In this document: piece by piece, positions 12,001-27,000 of the stretch
How the letters are laid out: every line of letters starts with the position of its first letter
Position numbering within the stretch: position 1 is the first letter of the stretch
DNA from: Candidatus Helarchaeota archaeon
GTDB lineage: Archaea > Asgardarchaeota > Lokiarchaeia > Helarchaeales > RDOG01
DNA length: 64,000 nucleotides
Direction of reading: 5' to 3'
Assembly (NCBI GenBank): GCA_019058315.1
Contig: JAHPZH010000002.1
Location: 1,005,910 to 1,069,909, forward strand
Translations under genes and position numbers: made by a program
The notes under the pieces: model-generated
The model's input: the letters and a program-made list of their open reading frames with translations, nothing else
What the model was told of the DNA's origin: nothing
Databases searched by the model: none

Positions 12001-15000
12001 ATTCTTCTACCCAAACTTCTAGATATAACGGAAAATCTTCATCAAAAATATATTTCAAGTTAATTGTCTCAGTAGTAACATATCCACTTTCGGGACTCAA
12101 TATTGTTAGGAATGGAGATTTAATATCTACAAAAAGGGTTATTTCATCAGAAGATTCTCTTCCAGCCTCATCTATAGCCTCCACACGAATAATATAGGTA
12201 TTCTCTTTATCAAAATCTAGTTCGGTATAATATAGTTGAGTTGTTGGATTATAATCTATTGTGAGATCATTTATTAATTTCCCATTTTTAAATATATTAA
12301 ATTCTGATACATCACTTTGCCACTTTAATGTTACTATTTCACCACAATAACTTTGGGAAATAGGTGAAATAATTTGAACTACAGGATCGGTCAAATCAAT
12401 TTCTATATCTATGGTTTCGCTATTATAATTACCAGCTATATCCCAGACAGTCGCTCTAATTTGCCAATTACCCGCAATCGGAACAGAAATAGTGTAATTT
12501 AATTTAAATTGTTCAGATACAGTCTCCCAAGGATCATTATCATATCTTTTTTCAATCAATACATTTTCTATACCACTTGGACAAGTATCATCATCATGGA
12601 CTATCCAATATAATTCAATTGAATCATCTGGTATGTGTTCATTTTGTGTCGGTGCTAATATTATACATGACGGATCTGTTTTATCTACTCCAATAAAGAT
12701 ATTCTTTCTTGCAATACGCCCAGATTCGTCCTCGGTATAAAGTTGTATATTGTGAAACCCCTCATCTAAGTTCAACAAATATGATCTTGTATTTTTTGGA
12801 AGAAATTCTTCTATAGCTACATCAAAATTTGTAATATTCCAATATTGAATTTCTACTTCACTTGAAGCTGTCCATTCCAATAAAATTTGACCATTAGAAG
12901 TATAATAGGAAGGTGGTATTGGATTTGTAATTTCCACAATCGGATCTTGTAAATTGATTTTAAAATTCCCTGTTACTTCTGCCTCATTTCCCGCATAATC
13001 GACTGCTACGATTTTTACTGTATGTTCTAAAATAGCTGGATCTGGAATATAAATGGTGATAACTTCATCATATTGATATTCTTCAAACGGTGTTTCGAAT
13101 GGATATGCTTCAACATATATAGGAGCTTCATCATCAATATAGATCAGGTGATAATCTACGAATACGTTATCTTTGCTTGTGAAAACGAATTGTAATATCT
13201 CGTGTCGGTGATATATTGTTGGATCTGGAAAAAGTATGTTAACTTCGGGAGGTGTGGTATCGATTACGTTCATTATACCTTCCACTGAATAAGGAAGGAA
13301 AAATTCATTTCCTTCAAAGACAGCACGGATTATGTATTCACCTGGAAAGAATGTAATAAATAGCTCCAATTCTGCTATTCCAAAATCATTAGTATAAGCA
13401 GTACCTAAAGATATGAACTCTCCTAATACATCATCATAATATTCGAAAATTATTTCGAGTCCTGCACCTACACTATTACCATAATAATCTTGAACACTAA
13501 CACTTAATATCTCTGTTTCATAAAAACTTACATCTTTAGATGGATCTGATATTATAACAGGTATTCTTTTGGAATAATAGACTTCTAGATATGGATTATT
13601 CATATAAGCATCAGATGAACTAAAACTCCACTCAGATTTATCACCTTTAAATAAGAATGTAGCATATTCTTCTCCAGTTTTCGCCAAGTCAGTTAAAAGA
13701 GTAGAAAATTCAAGCGATTTAAATGAATACCATTCATTAAAAGACACATCTTGGATTTCATCAATGAAGGAATCACTTAAATCAGATATAACGATACTTT
13801 TATCAAGATGCATCTTGAAAGACCATAAGCCCACTCTGGCAAACCAATACCTTATTCGAACTAACTTATTCATCACATACTTCCCAAAATCTGTATTTAT
13901 TATATTTGAACACTTAATTTTACAAAGTTTATTCAAATCTTGTTTATACCAAATACTTAATGTTTCCCAAGAACAAGTATCCCAATTGAATATTTGTAGT
14001 TCAAAATGCCCCATATCATCATTATATTCTGATGTTAGGTTGAAGTCAGTTTCTATTTCTATATAATTACAAGTCTCTTTTATATCATAGTCATAGGTAA
14101 CACTTATATAAGATGTGTTATCCACCGGATTATATTGGGATTCAATAACTTCATATATCCCATCTGAATGATCGGTAACTCTATAATCGTTTTCTAAAAT
14201 GTTACCATAAGTAACAATCTCACCCGATGTTACATAAGAATAAATATCATCAAATGTAATAGTATCATTTATAATATCACTGTTCAGAAAATAATACATT
14301 GAGACTTTATCATTATAATTATCAATTTTTGTTTCAGTATTAAAAATATTAAATGAAGTATCTTCATATACTATTTCTATGTCATTTTCCAGAGGCAATG
14401 GGAATTTAATGAAAGAATATTTGAAAATATTCTTATAATTTACTATCAAATTCAAATAATCCAAATTATAATTATTCGGTTGTAAATTATCATAATATTT
14501 ATTCTTAATACGAATGATAACTTGCCCATTGCTGCTTGCAAATTCATGAATATACATTATATTGCTTATGGTATAATTATACCATTTTTCACAGCCTCTA
14601 ATTGTTTTACCGAGCTCGAACCAGTCATTTTGTGCCCAATTCCAGATACTAATTTGTAAATCTGGGAACCATAAAAACCAGTTATTATCATCTGAAATGT
14701 AAGTCTCTAAACCCAAGTTCATAATGTGTGATGCCTCTATACCAGTATCAAAATAAAATAAGGCTTCTAAATTATCAGAGCTATCTTCAGTTAATATTAA
14801 TGAGTTATCATCTCTTTCATGAGTGTCTATCAAGTCTCCGCTACTATCGCCTACTTGCTGATAGAAGTTATTGGCTTTTAACGCGACAAAATTTCCCTCA
14901 GCATCTGGGAATAAAGCTGTATTGTCTATATAATTCACTTGTAAAGTATCTTTATATCCATAAAAAGTCGCAGGATTTTGATTGGAGACATATGTATCAT

Positions 15001-18000
15001 TACAGATCGGTTCTCTTGTAGATAATGCGGCTAGAATTTTAACTTCTTCTTGGGCATCCAGATTAAAATTACCAAAAGTAATTGATGCTCGTTCTCCTAA
15101 ATCTGTGAAATGATGAAATTTGTCAATTTCATAGTTTAATCTCACAATAAGTTCACCATTTGCTGATGTAATTGTGCCTCCATCGTTACTTAGAATATAT
15201 ATGTCATTTTCATAACCCTCAAGATTCCATTGGATTCGATATTCCCTTTTATAAATTGATATAAAATTAATTTCATATTTAGTAGACCCGCTTCCCATGA
15301 TATATTTGATTTTTAACAGACTCCCATCTGTTAAGGTTTGTATTGAAGTTATATTTATATAATTACTATCTTGGTTGATTTGGTAATTAATGGTATCTAC
15401 ATCCATATCACACCAACCCCATATCCAATTTTTATATTGAACTTGAAAATTTTCTAATTCCTTCAAACTTGTTCCAGTTATATCAAAAATCTTAACTCCA
15501 TTTGGTGTAAAGTGATATAGAGATGTCGGATTTTTAACAATAAAATCATTATTTGAAATTGGAGTATATTCATAGCTTACCCAATAACCATCGACATTAA
15601 TATATTCATAATTGGAAAAAATTAGCTGTTTATACCTATATATTTCGGGATCATAATATAACTCCCAATATTCTCCCATTTCCAAAAGATTATAATTTGA
15701 TTCTGTCTTAAAAGAGGTAAATACATCTCCAGCTGCATACGATGATAGTGAACCCGCTGCATAAACATTATTTTCGAAATTATAATCATATTCAGGAGTG
15801 GCTATAGGAACCATTTCTTCATATTTATTATTATATATCTTAATTAATTCAGAATCCAAATACTCATAAGTAATGTCATAAAAACCTATAGGTGGATCGG
15901 TTAAGATTAATTTCTTTTCTAACTCATTTATGATATAATCATTAAAAGGTGTACCATCTATTAGCAGGTTTTTGATATTAATTGGGATCTTTAATAATAT
16001 AATCTCATCATTAACTATCGATCCCGTCTCCACAGTCTCTTTTCTTAATTTAATAACATCTTTAATTCGAATATTGAATTTAAAATCCCCATCTTCAATT
16101 CCATTCTTTATAAATAAATAATTATAACCTTTTTCTAACCATACCAATATTTCTTTTTCTATATATTCATTATTACCAAAATTTTCGTTGATAATCTCGT
16201 ATCCATTAAAATTCACAACAGCGCATCCCTTCATTTTAAATACTAAGGTTGCTGTGGATTCTACTGGACTCCATATCCCAGTCCAACCATATGCCATTAC
16301 ATTTATAGGTTTTACCAAATAACTTACAAAATAATTATCATCTCCCCAGGGAATACTTTGACCACCAATAGTTATTAGCCCTGTTTCATAGTCAAGATGA
16401 TAATAACCTCTACCAAGACTATATAATTCATCTAAAGTTGCTACTTGAGTTAAGTATATATGTTCGTCAGTAACACCATCTTCATCAGTATCGCTATAAT
16501 CATTATAATACACATAATATATCTCATAAATAGGTCTACATGAAAGAACGAATTTTTGATTAGTTTTTGCTAATCCACGAAAACTATCTCTTTTAATTGC
16601 TTGTGTTGGGTAGATATTTTTCATATAATCATTAATATCGATCCAATTACTAGATGAAGTGTAATAATTCCATTTCACTTCCAAGTTTTCAACTTTATAT
16701 TCTCCAGCATTATCTATATATACATATTCACCATCCCAAGATTCATTAATCGGAATTAAATAAGTCTGGTATAACTCTTCTGCTATTTCTTCAATTTCTA
16801 TTGCTGTTTCTTTTATTGGATCATGATAAAAAGTAGCTAATGCAGTTAATGAAGTAATTTCATTATTTGTTGTTAATTGATTTTCTATCAAAGAATTAAA
16901 TATTTTTAATTTCCACTGAACCATTGGGTCAGATGTCTCGATACGGACCATTATATAGTGATATCCCTCATTTAAAAATATATGATCTCCTTGTTGTATC
17001 GATCTTGAATCTAAATATATCTCAAAGTCGGAAATTCCTCTATAATATTCAGGGATAAGTGCGATCCATGCATTACTATCCATATATATGACTGTATAAT
17101 AGTATTTGATTACGTCTGCTTCAGCAATTACAGTATCTACAATATAAAATTCTGAAAAATTCGGGATTACTTGGTTGTTTGTAAATGTCATTGAATCAAG
17201 GGTGTTTCCTTTCTCCTTTATTATACGATAATGAGTTAAGAAACACATGAATTCAGAATCTCGTTCATTTAATTCTTCTAATTTAAATTTAATTTTTTCT
17301 AATTTTTTAGATGAACTAATTTGTATCGGAGATTGGATTTTTGCAAATTGATTAAGGGGGACTAAGTTTGTTGCTAAATTAGGATGAGTACTAAATGAAA
17401 ATTGATCCTCTGTTCCATCATCATAAACTAATATTATACTAAAACGTCCATGGTCAAAAATACTTGAATCAGAATCATAAAGCATAATTTCTGATTGTAA
17501 TATATAACTGTTTTCAGGTTCTAATTCTTCATCAACAATGATTTCTATTTCATTTTTTTCTAGATCATCACTTTCTGCTATATTCAAGATTAAAGTGCCA
17601 TCATCCATCAAACTATAAAAAGAATTTACATTGGTATTGATGTTAGTATTATCGAGTGAAGTAATATAATATTGTTCATCTAATTCAATCCCGTATACAG
17701 AGATAAAATCAAATAATGAGTAACCTTGATCATGATTATTGAATCCTATTCCCAAAAGTTCGAAATCATGTTCATCTAAATTTGGAGGTGGTGTAGGTCC
17801 ATAAATTTGTGTTACATAGTATTCATAAATTAATTTATGTAAATTAATACTTTTTAATTCCCAATCTATGGGTATACCGTAATTGGAATTATCAATAGTT
17901 ATAGTAGCAGATACGCCAGTCTCCGTATCTCTTACATATAACTCGATACTCAGATCAGTCCCCGCTGAGTCTGAGTATGAATATGTTATATTATAGTTAT

Positions 18001-21000
18001 CCACCCCAATATACGGTTCTCCACCAAATGTTATTAAATGATTTTCTAAATCCACCGTATATTCATTATCAATAGGATTCTTTTTTACTCTTTTAAGAAC
18101 TTTCCCTGTATTTAACTCTGTAATTGAAATGATATTTTGTATTTCATCCCAAGTATCATATTTTGTCCCAATAAACCATGAATAATCGTATACATAATTA
18201 ATATCAAATAACATATCATTTCTATCAATAAGTTCAAAATCTTCTGAAGTTATCCCTCCTTTTTTCCACGCCCAAGTCATGAAGGGGGATTGTGTAATAT
18301 TAACTGGCTTAAAGTTATATGTCCAGTTTCTCACAACATGATTTAAACCATCTAATATTGATTGAGAAATATTGTAGGATATAGATTGATAAAAAGCATC
18401 AAAAGAAGTAGAAAAACAATCATCTCCCTCTTCCCAATTAATACCTTCTTCTCCAAACATTAAGGTTTCATTTAATGTAAAATATGTGTCAGAGATTATT
18501 GTATCTAATGAGTCTTCAAAAGGAGAAAGCCAAGTAGAAATTGTCCCATCAGCTTGAATATCAGTTAAAAACAGTTCTGTATAAGGTGGCGTTCGCCCAT
18601 TGATATGACTTTCACTAATAGGACCCACTCTTATAGTAGTTGAAGATTCCGAACCTATATTCATTCCATAACTCAATGCTTGATATTTTGGTGAGTTAAT
18701 CCACCAAGTGGAACGGAGTGGAATAGTACTTAGACTATAGGGATGATAACCCCACATTGATATGCCCCATAGATTTTCATCATCGCCTAAAATCATCCAT
18801 TCAGGATTATGAGACATTAACCAACCCATGTCACTATATTCAAATGTATTTTCAATATCCAAATTTCCATAAGGAAGTAGATCATCTGAATAAACATGGG
18901 CAGAAGAATTTAATGAAAAAATTGCTCTTACTAATTCGCTTTCATCTATGTCATATGTTTTGACTTTTATATCAACAAAACCTGAATCGTATATGGTGAA
19001 ATAACAATCTGCATGTTTTGAGTTATCTTGAGTGGATGTTTCAACAAGAATTTCAACCCAATCTAATGTCTGGTCAATAAGCTCTATATTGTTTACTTTA
19101 TCTAAATATCCTTCAGTAGTCGCAATCATAAAACTACTATTTAGATTATTTCCAAAATATGTTATATTCATAATCCCCGGTCTAGATGTCGGAATTTGAA
19201 AAGTATCAAGACTATTATCAAATAAATATCCAATTGTATATTGTGGTGTTTCATAATAATCATCAGTTCCAACAAATTCTGCTTTAATTTTATATACAAA
19301 TGGGTAAGAACCACCAAATTCTAAGTTGCATAAGTAATCATATTCTGCCCAGCCGTCATCATTTGTTAAAGCTACCATATTATCTACTAATGGAACATCA
19401 TCAGCATAATTAAGTATTGAGAATTTGATATTTCTATTCGCCACAGGGATGCTATAATCTGATTGTAATAAACGAGCTTGTAGTTTTATAGTCTCAAGAG
19501 TATTACCATATTTATCCTTTACATTAATTGCCAAATTGTCATTTTTAGTTGCAGTCTTAATAATATAAACGAAATTTGGTTTGTAATAATCATTCCCTAA
19601 AAATTCTGCTTTAATTGAAAATGTCAAATCAGGTGGTAGGAAATCAAGATAAGTTTCAATAAAATTAATCCCATTTGAATCCAAATTACTCTCACCTATC
19701 TCAATCCAATTTATAGGTTGACCATTTGTATCAAAATCGATAGAGTAATGATATTTTACACATCCTTCTGTAATAGGACTGTTAAATGGAGTCACCAATT
19801 GTGAGCCCATTATCACCAAGTCGTAAAATTGGATTGGTCTCCCTTTATTTGATTGTATATAGATATTATTATCATTGAATATAGCATCTTGTTTTGTTAT
19901 TACAATGTTATATATTGGAGATATTCCGTGATTGCCTTTCCCAACATCACTTATTTGTGCACCCTTTAATCTTGGATTATCATAAATCCCACTCTTAGCC
20001 CTAAGTGTTACCTCTCCATCTGTGAATAAATAATTTTTCAATTTTGCAGCTGGTACATTGAATGGAATTGTATAGCTACCATCTGAATTTTCTATTATTG
20101 CATTTGTCCCATCTGATTTTTTTAATGGTGTATATTTATATGACGAATCTAAAGTGCCGTATTCAAAATTCATAAATCCTTCAGCCCAACCATCTGGTTT
20201 TATTTCTGGAGTTACATCTGATAAAGCTAAATAAACATAGATAGCATACTCGCCTGCTACCTCTTCTAAATACCAGTCACCTGTATAAAGTAAATCATCT
20301 ATTGAATCTTTTTGTGTCCAAATAAAAGTTGAAGGACCACTTCCCAACCCTAAAATTGGTTCTGTTGACATTTCAAAAATGGGATTTAATCCATGCAATT
20401 TTATTTTCATCCCGATAATTTCATCATATATGTCTCTTATGATTATAGTATCAGGATTAACTAGTAATTGATTTATAATCACAGAATAACTATCAGTTCT
20501 ATATATTATATCATCATCATGCCATAGATATACATAACCATCAACTACACTGTGTTCAGGATAGACTACAGGTGGAGGATTAATTGTGGGTATCACAAGA
20601 AGTTCTGGATCATAGGCTGTGACTTGTAATTGGATTTCTTCTCCATATTCGGCGACTCCATCATTGTCTGCTTCACCAATATCAGTTACAGTTATATCAT
20701 TAACTATTGGAGATGTTGTATCTAATTCAATATACAACACAAATAATTCTTTTTCTTCAACTTGAGACAACCAACGTTGTTTATCATAAGGATTTAATGT
20801 ATCTACCTCGATTCGATAAACTGTATCACCTACAGGAGCGTTTAAATCAAATTCAAAGTTACGATCAATTATATCATACTTCCAATCTTCGATTAATTCT
20901 TTTGGATCTGTATTATGCTGCCACCAATTTGTGTGTGTGTCATGGAACAACCATTCACTTGTACTCCAGTCCCAGTAATATACATTAATTTTAATAGCTT

Positions 21001-24000
21001 CTACATGCCGATCCCACTGATAGATACCTCCAAATAAATCTTCTTGATAACTACTATGATGATGTGTTTCAATAGATTCCTCAGCATCATCAGGAATTTC
21101 ATCTGAATTAAAGCCATAGTCATCATTTGTTGATACTTGAAAGATAATTTTTTTCGAACTTGTAGAGATAGTATCTCCCTGTTCATAATCTCCTTTATCA
21201 TCATTTTCATTTAATTTTATATAAGCAGTTTTCCAAGCTTCTCCAGAATAATCTAACATTACAGCACTAATATTTGCTTCTGGTGGAAAATCCTCAGTAT
21301 ATTGAACTACAAGTTGTGGTCTCCTATTTGGGTTAGGGTTATTCGAAGTACCAATACTTTTTTGTTTCCAATGGAAGGGTTGGTGAAATTCTCCACGAAT
21401 GGGTGGAGTATCTGTACCTGTATATAACGGATCAAATAAGTCCTCGAATTCATCATTATTAGACCAAGGGATATTCCAACCGTTTTCTCGTAGGGAATCT
21501 ATTTGATACCAATCCAATAAAGCTTTATTGCTTCCTGTATTTGCGTGTAATATCATTTGAAAATATTCTTCATTAAACTTATCACGCATTTTATAATCAG
21601 GATCATAATTTTTAGTTTCCCCAGAAGCTAAACCAGCTTCCATATTGAACCAAAATTTATATCTACCTGTATCAGTCATAACAGTAGATGTTATCCTATC
21701 ATCCCAATCCCCTGAATCTACATGCCATTGACTACCTTCCCACCGATCACCTTTCGGGTAACCAAAACCTGGAATTGGATATGGACACCAAATAAAATGA
21801 TTTGGATAATCTCCTTGATCATTTCCTCCTCCATCGCTATCTGCCCCGTAAGAGAAGAAATTATTCATCCAATCCATTAATTGATATTCACCACCTGGAT
21901 TCAATGTAGGTTCATAATAATAATAAGGACCACCGGGAAGGGAACTGCTAAGATCCCATTCTGTTATTGAAAAAGAAAATTCTAGAAACTGAGAACCCAA
22001 ATTCGGACCGAATTCGGGGTTGTAAGTTCTATAACTTACAGTGGAGAGCTGATCCATTATTACATAAGGAGGCGAAGTTAAAAATAATATTTTAGCATAG
22101 CCCTCTCCTAAATATTCGATATCATAATCGACTCCATATTCAAGGTAACCTGTACCAGGGATATATACGGAATCGACAAGAGGATCCCATGGAATAACAA
22201 ACTGATGAGTGAGAGTATAATCCTCAAAGTCGAACCAAAATTCATCTATCCTATTTAATATCGGATCAATTTCTTCAAATCGAAATTTGATTTTATTTAA
22301 TTCCTTTATTATAAAGCCTAATGGCTCTGTTTCGGGTAAAAGATATTCATAAAGATTAAAATAATCCATAATGGTTAAGTCAATTTCTATTGGATTGGAT
22401 GTCCACTTGATACCTAGCTCATCTGTATATTCTTCAATAGTTAAACTCGTGATTGCAAAATCTGATTGAAATATTTTCCCTTGAAAAAAGGTATCAGGAT
22501 TAATTTCAATTGTTTCTGAACTTATTATTTCAAACCAATCGAATTCTTCAGTCCCTGTAAGATATACCCCAGTCCTTTCTAATTCAAAATATATGGGCTC
22601 ATGTTGGTAACTAACTGAGATCTCAGAGCCTTCTTTTGGTGGATATTTGAAAAATACAGTTTCACTATCTATTATTGAATATTCTGCTTCTAATATGTCT
22701 CCTCCTAAGACTATATATTTGATATTTACTAGATCATCCCCTGATGGTAAATATGGGTCCACTCCTTGGAATAAATTGATAATTTCGCTGTTGTCTCCTG
22801 TCCGAGTATACTGAAATCCACCAGTGGAACTAGGACTATCAGTATAAATAAATTCATAGGTTTGTATTGCTTGTGGATCTGGTGGATCGAGAAGAGCATT
22901 TAAAGTTACAGTGACTTCTTCGATTGAATCTAAATCAAGATCAGGTTTTATGGTTAATATAAAGCTATTGACTAACCCATCACCTTCAAAATGTTCTTTC
23001 ATTTTAACATTGTATAATGTATCAATTCTTTTACCTAATTGATAAGCATTTTCGGAACCACTTGCAATGAAATATTGAGTTATATCTTCGGGTTCTAAAG
23101 TCTCTGAGGCGTCAGTATTGAGAGAAAAACTCCAAGTTCCATCAGTTAAATCTGATTTATATATTAATTCGCGATCAACTTGAGCTGGTCTGTCATCAAA
23201 ATTAGACCACTCAGGGATAATTAAATGCCCTTCGACACCATAATTATCCCTATCATGTGGATTCTCCACCCAACCTCCTGGTAAACCCGGGCCTGGATTT
23301 GAGACATAATACCAATCAGAAAAACCATCAATTCCGTTATCTATTGGCAAATCACGAACCCACACATCCAAATATGAAAGTGGTGAAGGTTGCTGGTTTT
23401 GATCCCAGATTATATCAGTTCTTTCCCAATTTTCAATCTGTTGTCCCGAATATACAAAAATATTCATAGGGTAATGAGTTTGGGGGTCAATTATATGTGC
23501 AAAATCTCCATAATATCCAGGAAATATATGAAAAGGGATATTAGTTCCCATAGCACACCAATCGCCTATTAACATTTCGGGATCTGCAAAATCACCCCAA
23601 TAAGCATCACTTTGCATTATTCTAGGGTCATAAACATTTACTAAATTATTAAGTAGATAATGTGTTCCACCCATATAATTAAAACTCGTTCTTGAAAGCG
23701 GAGTACCTAAATCATCATGGTTATCAAATAGACTGTTTCCTGAATCGGGTAACGGGGCAAGTGGATAACCAACTGGGTAAAGTTGCGAACCTCTATTATT
23801 TCGCCTATAAGGAGGATACCAACACCAATCATATAATTTAATTGGCCACAAAACTATCCACTTGACCGGAATTCCCCATGGGCCTGGTAACCATACTTCA
23901 ATTGGGATATATGCCCAATCCCAATCCCAGTTAGAATATGTACTCCAAAATGTCCAAGACCAATCTTCAACAAGTTCGTCCTTGAAGATTTTCTCATTAG

Positions 24001-27000
24001 GATCGATTTTTATTGATTGACCTTTCTGTAATGTTAGATTATAGAAAATTATATTGAATTTGACATTATTTAATCCAGGATTTATATTAATTTTTCGTGA
24101 AATATTATTAGAGACATCGTTAAAATCTATATTCAAAAAGAATGTATCATTTTTATAAAAATTTACAGAAGAAAGAGAATCAATTTCTAAAAATGAATCT
24201 GTAATATATTGTGTTTTATACCATTCAGAAATACCAAAACCTAAATAGAGAAAGAAATGGTTATGGGGATCATCGGAATATGTGCAATTAGTAAAATCGG
24301 TATAATTCCCAACTTCTTCGTAATGAATCCAGATTTGATTAATTTTATTTGCCTTAGTACCTATCTTTTTTGCAATATAATCATATATATTTAATGTATT
24401 AGTCTCATTTAGATTAAAATTTATTTGTTCAGTCTCTAAGACTGTACCGTTTTCTAATGTGACATTATTAAAATAAAGTTCTGCTGAAACACAAGGACAA
24501 TGATCAGGTTGGTATGTTAGGATACAATTTTCATTTATATCTATACTGACATTTGATTTCCAATCGAACCAGTCAAATATTTCAGTTTGATTAAATTTTA
24601 TTCCATAGGAAGTGCTATTGAAAAAATTAGGAGGATGACTACTATTAAGTACCCAAGATCCATCAGAAAAGTCAGAATCATATAATGGTTTATAAGGAGA
24701 TGGATACCCTACTTCAATATTATCAATATTGGGCACGTAACCTGACCACCTAATTTGATATTCCTTAGTTTCATCAGCTGTTGAAAGAAAATCCACTGTA
24801 ATTTTAAAATCTCCGAATCCAAACCTCCAATCTGTTGATAATATACCTGAATTTGTATAATCTTTTCTTCTAATTATTAATGGATCTTGTAATCCATCCA
24901 CAGATGTACTATTAGTTATAGTGACTAAAGTACCATCTATTTCAATATAAGTTTCAAATTCTGTTTTTATCGACTCTTCTAATTGCCAACCTCCGTTATT
25001 AACATATAAATCCCAATGACTTTTATTTAATATCAGTTCTGTATTGTTAAAAATATAATATCCAGTTGAATTAATTATAAAGGTTCCACTGGGATGCTTA
25101 ATAAAGAAATCATCAATCGAATTTTCGTGAAAATGATATGGAAGCCAAAAGTCGCCATAATTTATGAATACATTACTTGAATAATAGTATTTTGAATAAG
25201 TTCCATCAGTAGTGTTCATAACTTTTTCCCAATTAGGTCCTCTCTCGATTAGTTTTATGTTCGGTGCACCTGCTGCATAAGATGTAAACTGATAGGTAAG
25301 TCCAGAACCTGGTACTTCTACTATTACATCCTCTATACCATCACCATCTTTATCTGTGGATTCTACATTTAATCCATAATCACCCTTTTCGAATAATGAA
25401 TATAATCCACTTAAACCTCCTTTCCATAAATCATACTCATTTGCTGTGATAGAAGTTGATAGAGGAATTCCTGTTATCATACTAAATAAAATCTTAGAGG
25501 TTTGTTGGCATTCGTCATTAAAATTAATACTATATTTAGTATTTTCTGTCGGATACATATGAACAAAACTAACTAATCCTTTACCCCATTGCCCAGTGAA
25601 TGGATCCGAAAAATCTTCTGATTTAGCCCATTCAATCTTTAGATCTTGCTCAGAAAATTGGGTTGTATCAATTGGATATTCGGATATCCAGAAAGACTGT
25701 GTACTAGTAATTCCCTCAAATATTGTACAATCAGTTCTAAATAAAACTTGATTATCAACTGTAAGTTGTTTATTATAGACATCCATCTCAGCAATATGAT
25801 TTTTTGCATAGTTGAAGTCATTAAAATTATCTATCGAATGTATTTTTATATTTAGAAAGTCAAAAAATATTTGATCATTATACATAACATCTTCATCCAA
25901 CTTGAAAATTTTTACTTTTATTTCACCGTCTTCAGATATGATTGGGTATATATTATCATTTAATACAGAATGAATCTCGAATAATTCCTCTTCATCTTCT
26001 ATATATATCGAACTATAACTGTTCCAATTATTCTCATCATAGTCGTAAAATGCAATAACTAGATCACAATATCCAACACCAGTAAATTGATTAGTGACTC
26101 CTCCATCCATTGTACTTGGATTATCAACAAGGATATCTTGATCATAACGATTAGATGATGATGGGATATTGAATGACCATTCAATATAGTCCCTAGGAGT
26201 CACAGGGTATTGTGGAATTTTTGATATTATTGGTAGCCAAAGTACCCCTCCTGATGGTATTTCATATCCCCAAAATGGTGGATCTGGGTCGTTTATTTCA
26301 AATTCAGCGTCTCGCCCATTAATAGTGGTAGAAAAAACAGTGTCTTTATGGACGTATTTTGATGAAGTGCCACGAATTCGAATATAACCAGTTGAAAGTT
26401 CAGCGTACTTATAAGCTTCAATTTCTAGATCTATATGATAATTCCTTAATTCTGGAAGTGGAATCCCATTAAATATAAAAGTACTTTCAAGATATCCACC
26501 TTCTGGAGTTAATGTATAATAATTATTATCTTTCATTTCAAGAGGTGTAATATCATTAAATTTTTCTAAAAATATATTTGAAATTGTAATATTTCCAGCA
26601 TTTTTAATTCCAAATACCAAAGAGAAATCATCAGATATAAAACCAGAAGTTGGAACTGTAAATTCAATTTCTTTTGTACTAATCATTTCAGAATCATCAG
26701 TATTCCAAGTAGTCCATCCTGCAGTCTCAGGCCTATCTTCGTAAAGGAGTCCATTTTCATTTGGATAATCTGTAACAATAAAATAGAAATATGAATTAGC
26801 ATAATTTTCTAAAATAGAATAATCAAACTTCAGCTTATATGAAACTCCTTTATCCAATATTAAATTTATAGGATCACTCACTAAATAATTGTAATAATAA
26901 TCAGGACCTTCGAAATCATGCTTTATATTATTACGGGCCTTAATTTTATTACTTTCTTCATAACATTCATATTTTGGTGTTGTGGATTCATAATAATTTG

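Noticed and set aside
25325-25360. DKDGDGIED as the start of an FG-GAP/EF-hand repeat array
   Set aside because: Single occurrence; at most an isolated Ca-binding loop.
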